Origin: a bacterium
GTDB taxonomy: Bacteria > Armatimonadota > Zipacnadia > Zipacnadales > Zipacnadaceae
Direction: 5' to 3'
Assembly (NCBI GenBank): GCA_030615605.1
Contig: JAUWYY010000005.1
Location: 43,682-107,681 of the forward strand
Length of the DNA: 64,000 nt
Each line of letters starts with the position of its first letter. Position 1 is the stretch's first letter. Position numbers and translations under genes: made by a program. Positions 57,922-64,000 of this stretch are shown here, piece after piece. The notes beneath the pieces are model-generated. The model saw nothing but the letters and a program-made list of their open reading frames with translations. It ran no database searches and had not been told where the DNA came from.

Positions 57922-60135
57922 AATGGTAAACTGACACCAGTAGGGGATGCCGGAGATGCGCGAGGAGCTCAGCGTCGTGGCCCAAGTCGAGAGGTTGATC
58001 TAGGTCGTCAAGGACTTCTTCCACCACGGCGGCGAGGCGTACCACGAACTGGGTCTCTACTCACTTATGACCTTTGCCGAGGGTCCACATCTCTACAGGC
58101 AACGTAAGGCGTCCAGCAGCGAACGAGGTCGGCCTATTGGGGTGGTGGACTAGCTGTGGGACCGAGAGTGATACACAACTTGCTGTAGACAGACGGAGAA
58201 CTGATGTGCGCGTGCCTGACTGGACGAGCGCACGAGTCGAAGGTCCCCGCTGAATGGCCCTTGATGGGCAACTGTAAAGGTTCGGGGGGCCATTCTTGTA
58301 CAACGCTTGACAAGACCCGCACATTGTGGTATTATTTTTCAGCAAAATGACGTGAATGGTGGTGGTCCAACGGATGCTTTTCCGGGTTCCCACGACCTCA
58401 GGAATCGGCAACGCGGGCCAGGCTGCATCGCACACAGAGGGCGGCCCGGACGAACTCCATGGGTGAGCCTGAGGGAGGAGGCCGGGGACTTCCACGAAGG
58501 GTGCACGTCGTTCGGAGGACAAGGGGGAGGTGATTACCAGGTTGGCGTCGAAATGCACAACCTGTGTGAAGTTGTAGCTAAGAACAATGTGACTTGTTCA
58601 TTCGGTGCCGTCAGGGCAGGGATAGGGGCGGCGCATGAAGAGGAACACGGTATTGCACGATTCGCGGGATACAGAGTTCAGATAATGAGTTGGCCAACGC
58701 CTGGCCCGAGGGGGCGTAACACTAAGCCGAGCGGAGCATCAAGGCTCGTTGACAAACTCACATACCAGGGCCTCGAAGCTACCAGGCGGGTGTGGCTTGC
58801 GAAGGCTAGGGACAGACAGCACGGTGTAGCCGATCAGAGATAGCTTGCCGGATGGATAGCTCATGAAGGCAGGTGTCCCGTTAGATACAAGCGCGACCCG
58901 GGCAAGGCCGAATCAGGCGGCGGGGATAGCAGGGCAGGTACGCCAGAGCGCAGATCAGGACGTTACGCATCAGGCAACGTATTCGTACGTGCGCAGGGCG
59001 TGGTTCATCTGTAATACCTGAATTGGCGGTCAGGAAGTTCACTTTCGCAAGCACATCACGGTATAATTGGGTGGCTTCAGCGGCCGAGCCCAACGAGCAG
59101 TTGTTGACAAAGTGTGGCGATCCCTGTATGATGAGTGCAGCAATCCAGCCACATGTGTTATGTAGGGGGCTTTCTGGGCAGTCTGTCACCCGAGACTACC
59201 CGGTGAGCCAAATGTCTATTCAAGCCCGTGCGGCACCACGAGTGCGCGCGGGCTTTTGGTTCTTATATATGAGGATGTGTCTTGTGTGGAGCCCGCCTTG
59301 ACAACGGCGCCCTCAGCGTGTCGCTAGGCCGAGAGTGAGCACCTTGATACGGAAGTAGTCTGGTTGGGTGTCCCGAACTGAGCTAGGGGTTTGTCTGGAC
59401 AGGCAGGTGTGGGGCAGGTCGACCAGGAAATGGCACATGATGCCCCAAGTAGAACCTACATGCAAATCTCGGATTAGGAGCAGAAGAAACACTGGGGTGT
59501 GGCCGGGTACGGCACTGGGGCTTGGCGAAGACTGCTATTTGAGACTCGCTGACTTGTATTGGGGTCAGCGGCGAGCAACTGATGCAACTGCTTGATAGTC
59601 CGCCTTACGAGCCAGGGTAGGCTATGGCAGGGCGAAACAGTGCGGGGAGGAGGTAATTAGCTAAAGGGCGCGAACATAAGCAGCGGGCAAGGGAGTAATC
59701 ATGCTCCGAAGCTCTAAGAGTGTCGACAGCCCTGATCGTCTCCAAAACTATGTATGGTAGATCCATTGTCAACGGTTGCCTACTGTTCTAGCCGGTCAAG
59801 AGGCCTGTGCACAGGTACAATTGAGTTGGCGAATCATCCTAAGCAGGCATAGGAACGGATGTGGCCGGGGAGAGGGCGAGGGGGCGACACAGTATGCGAG
59901 ACGTGGTGAGCCGCAGGCTGGGCAAGAGGTTGGTCATCACTGATGTGTGAGAGTATAGGTCCCGCCGGGATCAGGGTCGTGACGGTCGAGACGCGAGTGA
60001 GTGCAGACAGCGTGGACACCTCGATGAAGTAGGCTGAGACCGTTGATCTGACGGAGGCAAGTACCAAAGTAGCCAGAGAGGCGAATTTAGGCTAGCAACG
60101 AGTACTAGCTAATTGGGAAAGAGTGGGTCGAATTC

Positions 60136-61080
60136 ATGGATCCTGTTTACGTGTGGTCAGTTGGGGTGGTTCTTGCTGTCGCAGCTTGCGTTGAACCGAT
60201 ACGCTTGTTCTGCCGTAACATGCGCATAGCCGCTCAAACCGGCAGTGATCTCATTCTGGGCATCATAGAGCAATTGGATGATCCCGCGGATAGAGCGTTG
60301 GTGGCAGGCTGGGTGCATGGGCGGGGCAAAGGAGCCCGCGCCAGCCAACCGAACCATACAGCAAAGTGGATACTTCTAATCGCGGGTTGCGTGGCCTTGA
60401 GTCTCTGTTTGGTGGGTTTGCCATACCTACTTGAAAAGTTAGTGACTCAAGGGCCAAATGTGGGCTACAACGTCGTGGTATTCCCGCTTGTTCTGACAGG
60501 GGTATGTTGTTTCTCGAGCATTTACTTTAGGCAAGTGGTCCGTGCATACACGGGTTGCCCCTATGAAGAGGCTCGCCACAGGTGGGTGACCCTACTGTTG
60601 CCGCTGGTGCCGAATGGTGGGCACGTATGGGTGTCAGCAGGTGCCATGGATCCGGCACTGTACCACGACGACGTTTTATTGGGCGCACTGGGGTGGGTGA
60701 AGCGAGAGAAGGGTGCGAAGATTCGAATCCTGACATGCAACCCGTTCAAGGAGCTTGTCGAGAACGAGCAGAACAAAGAGAAACTTGGTGACTGGGAGGA
60801 GACCATTAGGATGCTGGCAAACCACGGACTGTTCGAAGATTTGTGGATAATAGATGAAACGCCGCTCGTGGGATTTGCGGTGTCCGAACGGTTTGTGTGG
60901 ATGCAGGGGGGACACGAATCTTGGATAACGCGGGATGCCGATATTAAGGTAGAGAGCCACATCCGCATTAGTGACAGAAGGCTACGGGACAAACTGCGGA
61001 GCACGTTTCAGAAAATGGCGGCCGATGCGAATCCAGCCGAACATATTCCAGAACTTCACAATCTGATCACAGGAGGCTAA
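60136..61080 (+). CDS. Hypothetical membrane protein (N-terminal TM segments + soluble domain)
   Basis: 314-aa ORF with several hydrophobic helices. No assignable domain. Confidence 0.45.
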   Translation: MDPVYVWSVGVVLAVAACVEPIRLFCRNMRIAAQTGSDLILGIIEQLDDPADRALVAGWVHGRGKGARASQPNHTAKWILLIAGCVALSLCLVGLPYLLEKLVTQGPNVGYNVVVFPLVLTGVCCFSSIYFRQVVRAYTGCPYEEARHRWVTLLLPLVPNGGHVWVSAGAMDPALYHDDVLLGALGWVKREKGAKIRILTCNPFKELVENEQNKEKLGDWEETIRMLANHGLFEDLWIIDETPLVGFAVSERFVWMQGGHESWITRDADIKVESHIRISDRRLRDKLRSTFQKMAADANPAEHIPELHNLITGG

Positions 61081-61081
61081 C

Positions 61082-61432
61082 ATGCCCACTGACGGATCAT
61101 TGTTCCTACTTAGCATTACCGGGCTTCTGTTCGCACTAGTCGAGACTGACGCTGCCTCAACGTTGGCAGTGGTGCAACGCATTAAGGATCAGCAGGCACG
61201 GATGGGGAACTTTGAATGGATGTTCCATCTAACTCACTGCCTCTTGTTGTTGTTTGTCGGTGTGTGTTTTGCTTATTCTGTGACTCACCTCACCCTACCC
61301 TCCTCTGGCATGATTCCTGCCCTGTGTGTACTGGCAGTAGGCTTGATGGTAGTTACTTATATTAGCTACCGCAACCTCGCGAGCGAAGTAGATGAGTTAT
61401 ATATGTGGCGGGCATCCCCAGGATGTCAATAG
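61082..61432 (+). CDS. Hypothetical small membrane protein
   Basis: Starts 2 nt after the previous stop. Three hydrophobic helices. Confidence 0.35.
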   Translation: MPTDGSLFLLSITGLLFALVETDAASTLAVVQRIKDQQARMGNFEWMFHLTHCLLLLFVGVCFAYSVTHLTLPSSGMIPALCVLAVGLMVVTYISYRNLASEVDELYMWRASPGCQ

Positions 61433-62410
61433 CGAGGTTAGCAGACCTTCTCCGGTTGCCGCGTCCAGCTTCAAGTGTTCCATCTGCTATCTGGTAGGCG
61501 GCGTCTGTAAGGAGATAGTAGCCGGGCAAGGATAAGCCAGGGCTAGAGTAGGTTTCCGCGAAGCCTATCAAGGCGATCGCAGCGGTTCCCTTTAACACAG
61601 GATACAAGTCGAATACGAGCGCGTCAGGCATGTTGTTACTACGCGTATGCGGCTCTTTGAACCATCGCGGGAGAAGCTCACTGTAGAGTACGGCGGGCAG
61701 AGTCTGTTGTGTGAAGTCTATGAGATACCGGCCCGTGGTGGCAAGTGACTTACACATGCAGGACACTGCTTCTTCAAGTGATCGCATCTGGAAGCGAACT
61801 CGATTACTTGTGTTGTGTGTCATCTTCATCATGGTACTTCTATACTTGGGAACCCCATGTAATGTGTATCAGTTGTCAGAATGCAAACCTTAAATATCTT
61901 TCGGTTTTGCTCATATAATGCTTACCCGTTCCCGAGCTAGTTAAACGCGTGCTCATGTTCGGAGGCTGGGGCAGAGGACGTTCGCAGAGCAGATCCAAAG
62001 GTGCGGCGAATGAACACGGAGGAGTACTACAGTGAGAAGGACGGATGGTAGGACATAAGACGAAGTGCTTGCTAGGAAATCAATAGATTCGAGCGGAAGG
62101 GGCAGTATAGGGGTTACATTGGGCTGGCATTGCGCGTAGCTTCTGCGTTGTTCGGAGTCGACGCTTAGTTCCCGTCCTGCACTCTCGATTGGTGCATATT
62201 GCAGAGCACGACTGCTGGATTACCCTGAGGCCAAGTCTTCAGATCCGCAAGTTCGTCTGTTAGGGAACACTGGAAGAGAAGACCGACTGCATCAACGAGC
62301 GGAAGAGGGAGGTCGCCGATGAACAGTAGTGTCACTTGTGCCTAAGGTGCACGGTTCCTGCTATTTGCCCGAAAGCCGTCAAGGCTGCACAATGCGGTAA
62401 TAGATTCGTA

Positions 62411-63151
62411 TCATCCGGGCTGCGCGAGATGCGGCCGGATATCAGAGTGTGTCACGAGCAATGCTAGCAAATCGGCGGGCTCCAAGTCTTGGTTCTTGTG
62501 GCCCACATCCAATCGAACCGCAGCGAGCAGTTCCCCAAAACGTTCCAGTTGCTCGGGCTGGGCATGAGTCGGCTGCGTCTCGGAGGAGGCAAAGCTCTTC
62601 GCGAATTGGGCGCACTTGCGGACGACATCGTCGGCCCCCCAAAGGATTAACTTCTGCGTGAAGGTGGTTTGAAAGTCGAGCGTCTCCTTCTCAGAGACTT
62701 CGGCCACTCCGGTCTTGTCTCCCACTACGACACGAAGCCAGAACTCCAAGAATTCCTTGTAGAGGCGCAGCTTGTGCTCGCGCTGTTCCTGCTGGACCTG
62801 GCGTCTGCGTTCCCACTGCTTTGATACCACGGGGGTCAGAACCGATGCAAGGACAGTGGTAATGCCTGCAACAAGTGCCGCCGCTACTTGTGGGGCAAGG
62901 CCGGCAAAAGCCCGCCAAATGCTCACGCCAATTAGCACGATTAGCACCAGTAGTAGGACCAGCAGTACATGCGGGACAGGATCTTCCTTCCAAGAGCTGG
63001 GTGGCCTACGACTACTTGGTCGGTGATCTACCATTGGTTCGCTGCCCCCAATCTGTGCGGCAGGTTGGCTCGTGTTGGTCGAACAAGATAGGTGGTCTGG
63101 TGAAGTCAAGTATACTTTGGCATATATGTGCTTGTCAAGTGGACTCCGCAC
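62411..63151 (-). CDS. Hypothetical membrane-anchored protein
   Basis: 246-aa ORF. TM helix HVLLVLLLVLIVLIGVSIW. Probable start at MVDHRPSS. Confidence 0.4.
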   Translation of the reverse strand: MRSPLDKHIYAKVYLTSPDHLSCSTNTSQPAAQIGGSEPMVDHRPSSRRPPSSWKEDPVPHVLLVLLLVLIVLIGVSIWRAFAGLAPQVAAALVAGITTVLASVLTPVVSKQWERRRQVQQEQREHKLRLYKEFLEFWLRVVVGDKTGVAEVSEKETLDFQTTFTQKLILWGADDVVRKCAQFAKSFASSETQPTHAQPEQLERFGELLAAVRLDVGHKNQDLEPADLLALLVTHSDIRPHLAQPG

Positions 63152-64000
63152 GGGATCGATGCCTCAAAAGAAGGACAACCACCCTGGAAAGAATGCTGAG
63201 CACAATGAGGTGCTTGTCGTGGCGACATCCACCTCTGGATGGGCCGGTTGCCGGCTAACCATCAACACGGGTGTGACGCAGCAGATGAAGACCCGGCGGG
63301 TAGCGGTCGAAAAGTGAAGCACCCGTAGAACTGCAGCCCGCTTAGACGCGGTTGCCAGTCCTGACAGAGTCTCCGTCTACTCAACTGGCACCCTCAGCCA
63401 GGACGCTCCAGGATGAGTTTCCAGTGTTAGCAGGATGTAGCTGCCTTTCATGGCGCCAGCGGGGGGACTTGCTAATTGTTGAAGCATCCAGCATAGCATT
63501 CGCGCTTGAGTGCCCCAACACCTGTATTCGGACACTGACCCCTGGCGGGGCGAAAAGCATAAATGGTCGCTTGCTGTGGCAAGCGACTTGCCCTGCGGGC
63601 AACTGTGTGACCTCAGGGAAGTCGTCCATTTCACGAACTGTCGGTCCTAGATGACCAGAGGGTGGCAGGGATGCTCTCCCAAGCGTCGGACGATGCGTGA
63701 TCACGTGGCGGCAGTGCTTGACCTAATCTTCGTGCTGGTTTGGAGGCGGCGGGACAGAACACGGTTGCATCCGCATGGGAGGCTTGCCGTGAGGGCAAAC
63801 GAACAAACTCACAACAAAGGAACTCGACGGGTGCCCTGATGCGATGAGTAGCAATGGCTCAGGGCAACGATACGACCCATTTTGAGCGATATCCTTCATT
63901 TGGGCTGTGTCAAGCGAGCTCATATCGGGGGACTTGGCCGGGTGGAAGTGCCATTCACCCAGGTAGTACTCACGCTTCTCGCCTCGCCAGAGCCGAGCCA

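Larger units (their letters stand above)
24950..58000. mobile_element. Mosaic genomic island: tandem integrative elements, defence genes and an integrated plasmid-like replication/partition module. Boundaries are approximate; the right end may extend past the window.
   Basis: Five tyrosine recombinases, R-M and SIR2-HerA systems, ParB/RepA/iterons, pseudogenes, abrupt GC shifts (e.g. 30.6-32.4 kb, 52.4-53.1 kb) and strand mixing. Contrasts with the co-directional EPS locus to the left. Confidence 0.6.

Noticed and set aside
58061-58843. ORFs 58061-58558 (-) and 58307-58843 (+) in the degenerate tail
   Set aside because: Overlapping, Gly/Arg/Pro-rich, no RBS or motifs. The region looks like eroded former coding sequence rather than live genes.
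1-64000. CRISPR arrays, tRNA, tmRNA and rRNA genes
   Set aside because: No regularly spaced short direct repeats with unique spacers were seen. Scans for GGTTCGAATCC / GGATTCGAACC T-loop signatures only hit inside coding sequence (e.g. 60724) without acceptor-stem context, and there are no rRNA-like conserved blocks.

Overview
High-GC (~60%) bacterial chromosomal segment with two distinct parts. Part A (1-24.9 kb, almost all + strand) is an acidic exopolysaccharide / cell-surface glycan biosynthesis locus. It contains a Wzy/O-antigen-ligase-like fragment (gene runs off the window start), three GT4 glycosyltransferases, a PglC-type initiating sugar-phosphate transferase, UDP-glucose 6-dehydrogenase, a WbpA/WecC-type UDP-N-acetylhexosamine dehydrogenase, and two SDR 4-epimerases (WbpP/TviC-like and UDP-GlcA 4-epimerase-like). 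It also carries an unusual sugar-1-kinase salvage pair: a plant-type glucuronokinase homolog and a 910-aa NTP-transferase fused to a galactokinase-like kinase. An exosortase / EpsI / PEP-CTERM-protein module with an embedded ArnT-like GT-C membrane glycosyltransferase (carrying a G10 homopolymer) sits in the middle, and a 1273-aa secreted beta-helix protein with a T9SS/FlgD-type C-terminal domain follows. A 1.3-kb non-coding gap inside the locus holds a decayed IS1182/IS5-like transposase N-terminal remnant, a consensus sigma70 promoter and a terminator-bounded small transcript. Part B (24.9-64 kb) is a mosaic mobile/defence island. It has five tyrosine recombinase genes, two of them paralogous, each preceded by the same 28-bp motif. 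It carries a SIR2-HerA antiphage pair plus a KTSC protein, a low-GC putative type II R-M pair (PD-ExK endonuclease candidate + phage-type Dam MTase), and a 1033-aa type IIG/IIL (MmeI/PglX-like) fused endonuclease-methyltransferase. Partial copies of the type IIG gene's 3' end recur after two downstream cassette-like genes (an FGE-domain protein and a 467-aa repeat protein), with a small PD-(D/E)xK protein beyond the last copy. Further elements are a large HD + HSP90-like ATPase gene interrupted by a single in-frame TAG, Septu-like remnants (truncated ABC-type ATPase N-terminus and an HNH-like ORF), and a plasmid-like replication/partition module (ParB-like protein, AAA_25 RepA-like helicase, iteron array next to an AT-rich stretch, palindromic operator cluster, XRE regulator, truncated primase zinc-finger). 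The last ~6 kb is gene-poor and degenerate. No rRNA, tRNA or CRISPR array was found.
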